Positions 37,885 through 45,410 of a stretch of DNA of 45,410 nt are shown here, in pieces. Origin of the DNA: Betaproteobacteria bacterium (GTDB lineage Bacteria > Pseudomonadota > Gammaproteobacteria > Burkholderiales > Burkholderiaceae_C). Location: positions 1 to 45,410 of the forward strand of contig JANPOW010000248.1 of NCBI GenBank assembly GCA_031428185.1, given 5' to 3'. Under the pieces are notes generated by a model. That model worked only from the letters and a program-made list of their open reading frames with translations, made no database searches and was not told the DNA's origin. Made by a program: the position numbers and the translations under genes. Position 1 is the stretch's first letter, and the number at the start of each line of letters is the position of its first letter.

Positions 37885-38387
37885 GCACTTCGGTGTTCAA
37901 GGCCAAACCGGCCGCACATCCCGAAGCCCCGCCGGACAGCCTGGCCCGCACCGCCGCCCGCTGCCGCAAGCGTGTCACACAGCGCGCCCTGTTTGCGGCC
38001 GGCGTGGCCATGGTGCCGGTGCCCGGGGTGGACTTGATCACCGATGTGGGCCTGCTGCTCAGGCTGCTGCCCGAGATCACCACCGCCTTCGGCCTCAGCC
38101 CGGCCCAGGTGGAGCAATTGGCGCCTGAGCGCAGGGTGGTGGTCTACAAAGCCATCTCGGCCGGTGGCAGCATGGTGCTGGGCCGGCTGGTCACGCGTGA
38201 GCTGGTGATGGCCGTGCTCAAGACCGTGGGGGTGCGCCTGAGCACCCAGCAAGCGGCCAAATTCTTGCCGGTTGCCGGGCAGGTGGTGTCGGCGGCGCTC
38301 ACCTTCTCGGCCCTGCGCTACGTGTGTGAACAGCACATCCGCCAGTGTGAGGCGGTGGCCCGCCAACTGCTGTTGCCAGCCCGCTGA
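37881..38387 (+). CDS. Hypothetical protein (DUF697-like)
   Basis: AAGVAMVPVPGVD...AKFLPVAGQVVSAA pattern; ATGA overlap with rraA. Confidence 0.75.
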   Translation: MSTSVFKAKPAAHPEAPPDSLARTAARCRKRVTQRALFAAGVAMVPVPGVDLITDVGLLLRLLPEITTAFGLSPAQVEQLAPERRVVVYKAISAGGSMVLGRLVTRELVMAVLKTVGVRLSTQQAAKFLPVAGQVVSAALTFSALRYVCEQHIRQCEAVARQLLLPAR

Positions 38388-38426
38388 ACCGGCACTGCGC
38401 AAACCGCAGGCTAGAATGCGAGGCTT

Positions 38427-38503
<77 letters not shown>

Positions 38504-38580
38504 TTTTCAAGTGCCGTGGCAGCCGTTTGTGGCTGTGCCGGCCGGCAGTGCCTCAGCAGCCGTTTGTGGGTGTTGCCAAA

Positions 38581-39042
38581 TCAAGGTCTGGTGATCGTCG
38601 CACGGTCGCCAGGCCCTTTTTTCTTGCACCGCACGGCGGCCACGCCGGCCAACGCCAAGCCAGCCAGGCGCAGGCTGGTGGGCCCTGACACCACCCTGAC
38701 CAGCGGTGTGCGCTCAAACAGCACAACATCGTGCGGGCTGGCGCGGTACAGCCGCGCCGCGGTGACCACTGGCTGTAGGTGTAGCGCGTGTTCCAGGCAA
38801 AGCAGTGGTAGACGTCGGTGCAGTAGGTCAGAAACGAGCTGGTCACGCCGCCCTGGGTGATCTGGCCGGTGAACTCTGCCGCGCCCACCCAACCGGTCTT
38901 GGACGTGTCCACCGCGCCGTAGCCCAGCGCAACACCGCTCAGGCGAAGCGCGACATCGGACCCACCCCCGGTCAACAGGCCGGCCTGTGCCGAGGCGCTC
39001 GGCAGGGACGGTGATCAATACCAGCACCGGGCGGGTGCGCAT
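38581..39042 (-). pseudogene. Decayed PEP-CTERM protein gene
   Basis: Frameshifted signal peptide MRTRPVLVLITV/LPSASAQA, body with SFLTYCTDVY, second frameshift, eroded sorting signal VSGPTSLRLAGLALAGVAAVRCKKK. Confidence 0.7.
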
Positions 39043-39215
39043 GGGCAGGCCTGTGGTCAGCGGGATGGGGCCGGGCGGTATGCCAGGGTGAGCAGGGCAA
39101 CAACGCCCTTGCCATCGGCTCGTCAGCGCGGCGGTTGCCGGCTGCACCCTGCCTGGCAGCAAGCGGGCTTTGTCCGTGACACGCTGCGCGCCCGGTGCCA
39201 GCGCTGGTGCGCGGC

Positions 39216-39292
39216 TGGCCTGCCCGGCGAGGATCGAACTCACAACCTGCTGCTTAGAAGGCAGCTGCTCTATCCAATTGAGCTACGGGCAG
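39216..39292 (-). tRNA. tRNA-Arg(TCT)
   Basis: 77 nt; CTGCCCG/CGGGCAG acceptor stem, GCTGC-CTTCTAA-GCAGC anticodon arm, GTTCGAT, CCA; TAGAAT upstream. Confidence 0.97.
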
Positions 39293-39575
39293 AAATCTGA
39301 GTGCGGATTCTAGGAGCCGGTCGGGCTTGGGGAACGTCGGCTGCGAAACGGCCTCAGCGGTCCATTTTTTACCGGCTTTTTGTCCCATAGTTGAACTATG
39401 GGCCTGCAAATCCGGCAAACACTGTCCTCGCTGGGGCCGTTTCTCGCTATCGACGCCCCAAGTCCGACAGGCTCCTAGGTGGGGGTCTGCCCCACCCCGC
39501 AGCCCGGGCGGCGGGCGCCGGCCGGTGCGCTGTGAGAATGCCGGCATCTCCGACCACGCCCACCACCGCCACGCC

Positions 39576-40616
39576 ATGCCCACACCCCGTCCCAGCGTGC
39601 CTGCCCTGCCCGGCGCGGTTTTGGTGATGGGCGCTGGCAGCATCGGCTGCTGGCTGGGTGGCCGGCTGCAGGCGGCTGGTGCGCTGGTGCATTTTGTCGG
39701 CCGGCCGCGCATGCTGGCCGCACTGGCCCAGCATGGCCTGACCCTGACCGACCGCGACAAAGGCCGCGCCGTGCTGCCGGCCGACGCCCTGCGCCTGCAT
39801 GCCAGCGTGCCGGGCGACCTGGGCAGCGCGCCGCTGCTGGTGCTGCTGTGCGTGAAAAGTGGCGCCACCCAGGCTGCTGCGCTGGAGCTGGCCGCCCATC
39901 TGCCCACCGGCACACTGGTGTTGTCGATGCAAAACGGCCTGGCCAACGCGGCCACCGCGCAAGCCGCAGCGCCCCAGCTCACCGTGCTGCCGGCGATGGT
40001 GCCGTACAACGTGGCCGAGTTGGGCCCCGGCCACCTGCACCGGGGCAGCGCCGGCCAGTTGGCGGCGCAAGCGCACAGCCTGCTGCAGCCCTGGCTGGCC
40101 CTGCTGGCCAGCGCCGGCCTGGCGCTGGACCTGCATGCCGACCTGGCGCCGGTGCAGTGGGGCAAGCTGCTGCTCAACCTGAACAACTCGGTCAATGCGC
40201 TCAGCGGCCTGCCGCTGCGCGCCCAGTTGCTGGACCGTGACCTGCGCTGCTGCACCGCCGCGCTGGTGGCCGAGGCGCTGTCGGTGCTGCACCGCGCCAA
40301 CATCCAGCCGGCGTCACTGGCGCCACTGCCGGCCAGCTGGCTGCCGTGGATGCTGCGCCTGCCCACACCGCTGTTCCGGTTGGTGGCCGCCCGCATGCTG
40401 CGCATTGATGCCCAGGCCCGGTCCAGCATGGCCGACGACCTGGCGCGTGGCCGCAGCACCGAGGTGGACGCGATCAACGGCGAGGTGATGCGCCTGGCCA
40501 CCCGTGCCCGCACCCTGGCGCCGCGCAATGCCCGCATGGGCGAGCTGGTGCGGGCCTGGCCTGAGCACCGGCGCCCAGTCAAAGGCCGCCTGCTGCGCGA
40601 GGCGCTGGGGGTTTGA
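39576..40616 (+). CDS. 2-dehydropantoate 2-reductase (ApbA/PanE family)
   Basis: MGAGSIG, LCVKS, MQNG, WGKLLLNLNN, SSMADDL, TEVDAING. Confidence 0.88.
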   Translation: MPTPRPSVPALPGAVLVMGAGSIGCWLGGRLQAAGALVHFVGRPRMLAALAQHGLTLTDRDKGRAVLPADALRLHASVPGDLGSAPLLVLLCVKSGATQAAALELAAHLPTGTLVLSMQNGLANAATAQAAAPQLTVLPAMVPYNVAELGPGHLHRGSAGQLAAQAHSLLQPWLALLASAGLALDLHADLAPVQWGKLLLNLNNSVNALSGLPLRAQLLDRDLRCCTAALVAEALSVLHRANIQPASLAPLPASWLPWMLRLPTPLFRLVAARMLRIDAQARSSMADDLARGRSTEVDAINGEVMRLATRARTLAPRNARMGELVRAWPEHRRPVKGRLLREALGV

Positions 40617-40671
40617 GGCAACGCTGACATCGGGGTGGTGCACGGCGCACCGCGCACCAGTCAACACCCGC

Positions 40672-41529
40672 TCAAGCGCCCGCCGACACCTCAAGCCGAT
40701 GGCTGGCCCCGGCGTACTGGCCCAGCAGCCGCACCAGCACCGGCAAGGCTGCGTGCAATGCGGGCGCCAGGGTGTGCGGCGGGTTGATCACCACCAAACC
40801 ACTGCCCAGCATGCCAAAACCCCGCGCATTGGGCAGGGCCAGCGTCAGCCGGGCATGCAGCCAGCCTTTTTTGGCTTGGGTGTCGGCCACGGCTTTCAGG
40901 CGTTGGGGCAATTGGGCGGCTTCACGCAAGTCCAGTTGCGGATACCAGACCAGGATCACGCCCTCGGCAAACCGGGTCAGCGCGTCGCGGCAGGCGGTGA
41001 CCACCGCTGCGTAGTCGGTCTTGATCTCGTAGCTGGGGTCGATCAGCAGCACACCGCGCCGGCTGGGTGGTGGCAGTTGCGATTTGAGGCCGACAAAGCC
41101 ATCGGCCTGCTGCACCTGCACCTGCTTGTCGCCGGCAAAGTGCTCGGCCAGCAGCGCGTGGTCGGTGGGGTGCAGCTCAAACAGGCGCAGCTGGTCTTGT
41201 GGCCGCATCAGATTGCGCGCAATGCACGGTGAGCCGGGGTATTGCGTCAAGTCATCGGCCGGGTTGAACAGGCGCAGCTGTGCCACGTAGTCGGCCAGCA
41301 GCGGTGGCAGGTCTGGTGCCTGCCACAGCCTGGCCATGCCTTGTTTGTACTCGGCGTGTTTTTGTGCCTGCTCACTGTGCAGCAGGTAGGCGCCGGCACC
41401 GGCGTGGCTGTCCACCAGGCGCCAGGCTTTGTCTTTGGCGTTCATGTGGCGCAGCACCGCTACCAGCAGGGCGTGCTTGAGCACATCGGCATGGTTGCCA
41501 GCGTGAAAGGCGTGTCGGTAAGCGAGCAT
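40672..41529 (-). CDS. rlmJ: 23S rRNA m6A2030 methyltransferase RlmJ
   Basis: MLAYRHAFHAGNHADVLKH, DSHAGAG, YPGSP, ELHPTD, IDPSYE, WYP, INPP. Confidence 0.96.
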   Translation of the reverse strand: MLAYRHAFHAGNHADVLKHALLVAVLRHMNAKDKAWRLVDSHAGAGAYLLHSEQAQKHAEYKQGMARLWQAPDLPPLLADYVAQLRLFNPADDLTQYPGSPCIARNLMRPQDQLRLFELHPTDHALLAEHFAGDKQVQVQQADGFVGLKSQLPPPSRRGVLLIDPSYEIKTDYAAVVTACRDALTRFAEGVILVWYPQLDLREAAQLPQRLKAVADTQAKKGWLHARLTLALPNARGFGMLGSGLVVINPPHTLAPALHAALPVLVRLLGQYAGASHRLEVSAGA

Positions 41530-41582
41530 GGGGCGGCATGGTGCCATGCCGTGTCGTGTTGACGGCCCGGCCACAGGTCGTG

Positions 41583-41611
41583 TTGACGGCGCGGCGGCAC
41601 GCCGCTATGGT
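41583..41611 (+). promoter_or_regulatory. Sigma70 promoter of the argD leader
   Basis: TTGACG (41583-41588), 17-bp spacer, TATGGT (41606-41611). Confidence 0.7.
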
Positions 41612-41620
41612 CCGCGCTCC

Positions 41621-41680
41621 ATGTGCAATCACACCACACCGGTCCGCAGCTTGCGACGCCGCGCTCGACGCCAGCGTTGA
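41621..41680 (+). CDS. Putative Arg-rich attenuator leader peptide MCNHTTPVRSLRRRARRQR
   Basis: 19 codons with 7 Arg (6 of the last 8; two CGA); lies between the promoter and a terminator upstream of argD. Confidence 0.75.
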   Translation: MCNHTTPVRSLRRRARRQR

Positions 41681-41731
41681 GCGGGATCGTTGCTGACCGG
41701 CCTGTGCAAACCTTGCACCTGGCCCCCACCC

Positions 41732-41764
41732 AGGCCACGACACCCGTCGTGGCCTTTGTTTTTT
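41732..41764 (+). terminator. Intrinsic terminator (attenuator) in the argD leader
   Basis: AGGCCACGAC-ACCC-GTCGTGGCCT perfect 10-bp stem followed by TTGTTTTTT, 70 nt before the argD ATG and on the same strand. Confidence 0.9.
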
Positions 41765-41834
41765 GCGCAGCCGCGATGGGCTTCTGGCTTGGGATCACCC
41801 CCAAAGCCTGAGCCAACCCTGAAACGGAAACCCC

Positions 41835-43085
41835 ATGTCTGCTGCCACTTCAAGCCCCTGCACAGCCCTGTGCCCACCTGCGCTGATGCACCTCGGGCCG
41901 CGCCCGGCCCAGGTGTTTGTGCGTGGCCAGGGCAGCTGGCTGTGGGACAGCACGGGCCAGCGCCACCTGGACCTGGTGCAAGGCTGGGCCGTCAACACGC
42001 TGGGCCACGCGCCGCCACAAGTCGCCAAAGCACTCAGCACACAGGCCGGCCGCTTGCTGCAGGCCGGGCCAGGCTTTTACAACGACCAGGCCCTGCTGTT
42101 GGCCCAACGGCTGGCCCAACTCAGCGGGTTGGACCGGGTCTTCATTGGCACCAGCGGCAGCGAGGCCAACGAGGCCGCCGTGAAGCTGGCGCGCAAGTTT
42201 GGCCAGGTGATGCGGGGCGGCGCCAGCACCATCCTGAGCTTCGAGAACAGCTTTCACGGCCGCAGCCTGGCCATGATGGCGGCCAGCGGCAAACCCGGGT
42301 TTGACCGCATCTTCAGCCCGGCCGTGCCGGGGTTTGTGAAGCTGCCGTTCAACAACATCGACGCGGTGCGGGCCGCCATCACACCCGATGTGGTGGCGGT
42401 GCTGGTCGAGCCCATCCAGGGTGAAGCCGGTGTGGTGGAGGCCAGCGCCAGCTTTCTGCCACAACTGCGTGCGCTGTGTGATGCCCACGGCCTGCTGCTG
42501 ATCCTCGACGAGGTGCAGACCGGCATTGGCCGCTGCGGCAGCTTGTTTGCACACAGCCAGTGGGCTGTGACGCAAGCGCTGCAACCCGACATCCTGACCC
42601 TGGGCAAAGGGCTGGGCGGTGGGGTGCCCATCGGCGCCATGCTGGCGCGTGAAGCAGTGTGCTGTTTTGCGCCCGGCGACCAGGGTGGCACCTACCACGG
42701 CAACGCGCTGGCTTGCGCTGCCGCACTGGCGGTGCTGGATGCGGTGACGGCGCCGGGGTTCCTGGACGGCGTGCAGCAGCAAGGCGAGCGGCTGGCCGCC
42801 GGGCTGGCAACGCTGGCGGCGCGCCATGGCCTGGGCGGCGCGGCACCGGCTGTCAGCGGCCGTGGCCTGCTGCGTGCGCTGGCCTTGCCGCCCGGGCTGT
42901 CATCGGGCTTGCTGGCCGATGCCGCACGCCAAGGCCAGCCGGGTGGTGATGGGCTGCTGGTCAACCCGGCCCAGCCGCAGCGCCTGCGGCTGATGCCCGC
43001 GCTCAACATCAGCGCCGATGAGGTGGATCAAGCGCTGGATTTGCTGGATGCCAGCTTGCAGCATGTGACGGCGCCGGCGCATTGA
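41835..43085 (+). CDS. argD: Acetylornithine aminotransferase (class III PLP enzyme)
   Basis: LDLVQGWAVNTLGH, SGSEANEAAVKLARK, SFHGRSLA, EPIQGEAGV, DEVQTG, TLGKGLGGG (PLP Lys). Confidence 0.85.
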   Translation: MSAATSSPCTALCPPALMHLGPRPAQVFVRGQGSWLWDSTGQRHLDLVQGWAVNTLGHAPPQVAKALSTQAGRLLQAGPGFYNDQALLLAQRLAQLSGLDRVFIGTSGSEANEAAVKLARKFGQVMRGGASTILSFENSFHGRSLAMMAASGKPGFDRIFSPAVPGFVKLPFNNIDAVRAAITPDVVAVLVEPIQGEAGVVEASASFLPQLRALCDAHGLLLILDEVQTGIGRCGSLFAHSQWAVTQALQPDILTLGKGLGGGVPIGAMLAREAVCCFAPGDQGGTYHGNALACAAALAVLDAVTAPGFLDGVQQQGERLAAGLATLAARHGLGGAAPAVSGRGLLRALALPPGLSSGLLADAARQGQPGGDGLLVNPAQPQRLRLMPALNISADEVDQALDLLDASLQHVTAPAH

Positions 43086-43132
43086 CCGGCCTGGGCGGAC
43101 CAGCCAAACCGGGGGCGGCCCGGGCTGGCCGC

Positions 43133-43855
43133 TCACTCGCCCAGGTAAGCCGCCCGCACCTTCGGGTCATTCAGCAGCGCTTTGGCGTCACCGCTCATGG
43201 TCACCAGGCCCGACTCCATCACATAGCCCCGGTCAGCCAGGCTGAGTGCCCGGCTGGCGTTTTGCTCGACCAGCAAGATGGTGGTGCCGCGGCTGTGGAT
43301 GTCAGCCACCACCTCAAAGATCTTGTCCACCATGATGGGCGACAGGCCCATCGACGGCTCGTCCAGCAGCAGCACCTTGGGCCGCGCCATCAGCGCCCGG
43401 CCCATGGCCAGCATCTGCTGCTCGCCACCGCTCATGGTGCCGGCCAGCTGGTCTGCCCGCTCTTTGAGGCGCGGGAAGATGGCAAACACCTTGGCGATGT
43501 CGGCTTGCACTTCGTCGTCGTCGCGCACGTAGGCGCCCATCAGCAGGTTCTCGGTGATGGTCATGCGGCTGAACACACCCCTGCCCTCGGGCACCATCAC
43601 CAGGCCTTGTTTGACCAGATCCCAGGCACCCTGGCCCTTGATGGACTGGCCCATGAAGCGGATGTCGCCATCAGCGGCCGGCTGGGTGCCGGTGATGGCT
43701 TTGAGCGTGGTGGTCTTGCCGGCACCGTTGGCGCCGATCAGCGAGACCAGCTCACCCCGGCGTACTTCAAAGCTGGTGCCCTTGACGGCCTGGATGCCAC
43801 CGTAGGCCACTTTGAGGCCGCTCACTTCCAGCAATATCTCGTTGTTGTTTGCCAT
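43133..43855 (-). CDS. livF: Branched-chain amino acid ABC ATPase LivF
   Basis: GANGAGKT, VPEGRGVF, MSGGEQQM, LDEPSMGL, VEQN, AYLG. Confidence 0.93.
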   Translation of the reverse strand: MANNNEILLEVSGLKVAYGGIQAVKGTSFEVRRGELVSLIGANGAGKTTTLKAITGTQPAADGDIRFMGQSIKGQGAWDLVKQGLVMVPEGRGVFSRMTITENLLMGAYVRDDDEVQADIAKVFAIFPRLKERADQLAGTMSGGEQQMLAMGRALMARPKVLLLDEPSMGLSPIMVDKIFEVVADIHSRGTTILLVEQNASRALSLADRGYVMESGLVTMSGDAKALLNDPKVRAAYLGE

Positions 43856-43868
43856 GTTGGTCCCCGGC

Positions 43869-44645
43869 TCAATGCGCTTTGTGGCCAGCGCCGAGGTAAG
43901 CCTCGATCACCTTGTCGTTGCGCTGCACCTCATACGGCGTGCCCTCGGCAATCTGCTTGCCGTAGTCCAGCACGGTGACGCGGTCACACAGGCCCATCAC
44001 CAGCTTCACGTCGTGTTCGATCAGCAGGATGGTGCGGCCGTCGTTGCGGATCTGGTCGATCAACGCACGCAGCACCACTTTTTCGGTCGCGTTCATGCCG
44101 GCGGCGGGCTCGTCCAGCGCAATCAGCTTGGGGTCGGTGGCCAGGGCGCGGGCAATCTCCAGCCGGCGCTGGTCACCGTAGCTCAGGGTGCGGGCCTTGA
44201 AATCGGCGTAGCGGCCGATGCCCACGTAGTCCAGCAACTCTTGCGCGCGGTGCGCAATCGCGGCCTCTTCGGCCTTGAAGCCTGGCGTGCGAAACACCGC
44301 GCCGATCAGGCCTGATTTGCTGCGCACATGGCGGCCCACCATCACGTTCTCAAGCGCCGTCATCTCGGCAAACAGGCGGATGTTTTGAAAGGTGCGGGCA
44401 ATGCCGGCCTTGGCCACCTCATGCACCGCGGTGGGTTTGTAGGGCGCACCGCCCAGCTCAAAGCTGCCGGCATCAGGCGTGTACAGCCCGGTGATGACGT
44501 TGAAGAAGGTGGTCTTGCCGGCGCCATTTGGGCCGATCAGGCCGTAGATCTGGCCTACGGTGATGGTGATGCCCACGTCCGACAAAGCCTGCAGCCCGCC
44601 AAACCGTTTAGACACCCCACCCACCCGGAGAACGACTGTACTCAT
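43869..44645 (-). CDS. livG: Branched-chain amino acid ABC ATPase LivG
   Basis: GPNGAGKT, ARTFQNIRLF, LSYGDQRRLEIARAL, DEPAAGMN, IEHD. Confidence 0.93.
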   Translation of the reverse strand: MSTVVLRVGGVSKRFGGLQALSDVGITITVGQIYGLIGPNGAGKTTFFNVITGLYTPDAGSFELGGAPYKPTAVHEVAKAGIARTFQNIRLFAEMTALENVMVGRHVRSKSGLIGAVFRTPGFKAEEAAIAHRAQELLDYVGIGRYADFKARTLSYGDQRRLEIARALATDPKLIALDEPAAGMNATEKVVLRALIDQIRNDGRTILLIEHDVKLVMGLCDRVTVLDYGKQIAEGTPYEVQRNDKVIEAYLGAGHKAH

Positions 44646-44660
44646 GGTCTTCTCCTGTCT

Positions 44661-45410
44661 TTAGTTCTTGACCGGCGACGGCGCAGCCTTGCCGTGCTCG
44701 GGCGACGGCCACAGGCCACGCGGGCGCATCAGCATGATGACGATCATGGCCAGCGCAATCATCAACTGGCGCAGTATTGCCGCGTCGATGCGGCCGTCAG
44801 TGAGGCGCTGCAAGTCCAGCTCACCGGCCACCCAGCGCAGCGCCTCAGGCAAGGCCGCCAGCAGCACCGCGCCCAGCACCACGCCGGGGATGTGGCCGAT
44901 GCCGCCCAGCACCACCATGGCCACGACCATCACGCTCTCTTGCAGCGAGAACGATTCGGGCGAGACAAAACCCTGGAAGGTGGCAAACATCACCCCCGAC
45001 ACCCCGCCAAACGTGGCGCCCATGCCGAATGCGAGCAATTTCAAATTGCGGGTGTTGATGCCCATGGCCTTGGCGGCAATTTCGTCTTCCCGAATCGCCA
45101 TCCAAGCGCGGCCGATGCGGCTTTGCTCCAACCGGTAGCAAATCACCACGCTGATCACCACCAGCAGCAAAAACAGGTAGTAGTACTTGGTGACGGACGA
45201 GACCTCCAGCCCGAACAAATCACCCGGCTTGCCCAGGTCGATGCCAAACATCTTGATGCTGTCGATCTGCTGCAAGCCCTTCGGGCCATTCGTGATGTTG
45301 ACCGGCCGGTCCAGGTTGTTCATGAACACCCGCACGATCTCGCCAAAACCCAGCGTGACGATGGCCAGGTAATCGCCGCGTAATTTAAGCGTGGGCGCGC
45401 CCAGCATCAC
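44661..45410 (-). CDS. livM: Branched-chain amino acid ABC permease LivM (5' end outside the window)
   Basis: LRGDYLAIVTLGFGEI, GRAWMAIREDEIAA, MVVLGGIG, RPRGL. Confidence 0.92.
   Translation of the reverse strand: MMLGAPTLKLRGDYLAIVTLGFGEIVRVFMNNLDRPVNITNGPKGLQQIDSIKMFGIDLGKPGDLFGLEVSSVTKYYYLFLLLVVISVVICYRLEQSRIGRAWMAIREDEIAAKAMGINTRNLKLLAFGMGATFGGVSGVMFATFQGFVSPESFSLQESVMVVAMVVLGGIGHIPGVVLGAVLLAALPEALRWVAGELDLQRLTDGRIDAAILRQLMIALAMIVIMLMRPRGLWPSPEHGKAAPSPVKN

Noticed and set aside
38504-39215. Prophage or integrative element at the tRNAs
   Set aside because: Only about 710 bp, with no integrase and no duplicated tRNA 3' end
39216-39292. Functional link between tRNA-Arg(TCT) and the Arg-rich argD leader
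   Set aside because: This tRNA reads AGA, while the leader uses only CGN codons; proximity is probably coincidental

Overview
High-GC DNA whose gene content suggests a betaproteobacterium (Burkholderiales, Rubrivivax/Aquincola-like; inferred). Gene order: ohr-ohrR with an OhrR operator; a secreted/membrane/PEP-CTERM trio divergent from a BTAD-STAND regulator that is truncated and fused in frame to a peptide ABC permease; ABC ATPase; MlrC-family (M81) peptidase; a scrambled MFS pseudogene with an internal inversion; pcaIJ; arsR-acr3-arsC-arsH; modE-modABC; VOC, aldo/keto reductase and AhpD-like genes; msbA; LexA-controlled imuAB with no adjacent dnaE2; dbpA; an alpha/beta-hydrolase-like gene; an SDR plus acyl-CoA dehydrogenase behind a LiuR-type box; complete ccmA-I; rraA; tRNA-Pro and tRNA-Arg flanking a decayed PEP-CTERM gene; ketopantoate reductase family gene; rlmJ; argD; livFGM. 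The best candidate for a new system lies upstream of argD: a sigma70 promoter, a 19-aa leader peptide with 7 Arg codons (MCNHTTPVRSLRRRARRQR), mutually exclusive protector/antiterminator helices and an intrinsic terminator. This is the architecture of an arginine-sensing, ribosome-mediated transcription attenuator. Many short tandem-repeat arrays sit at gene boundaries. All calls are by eye; no searches or folding programs were run.
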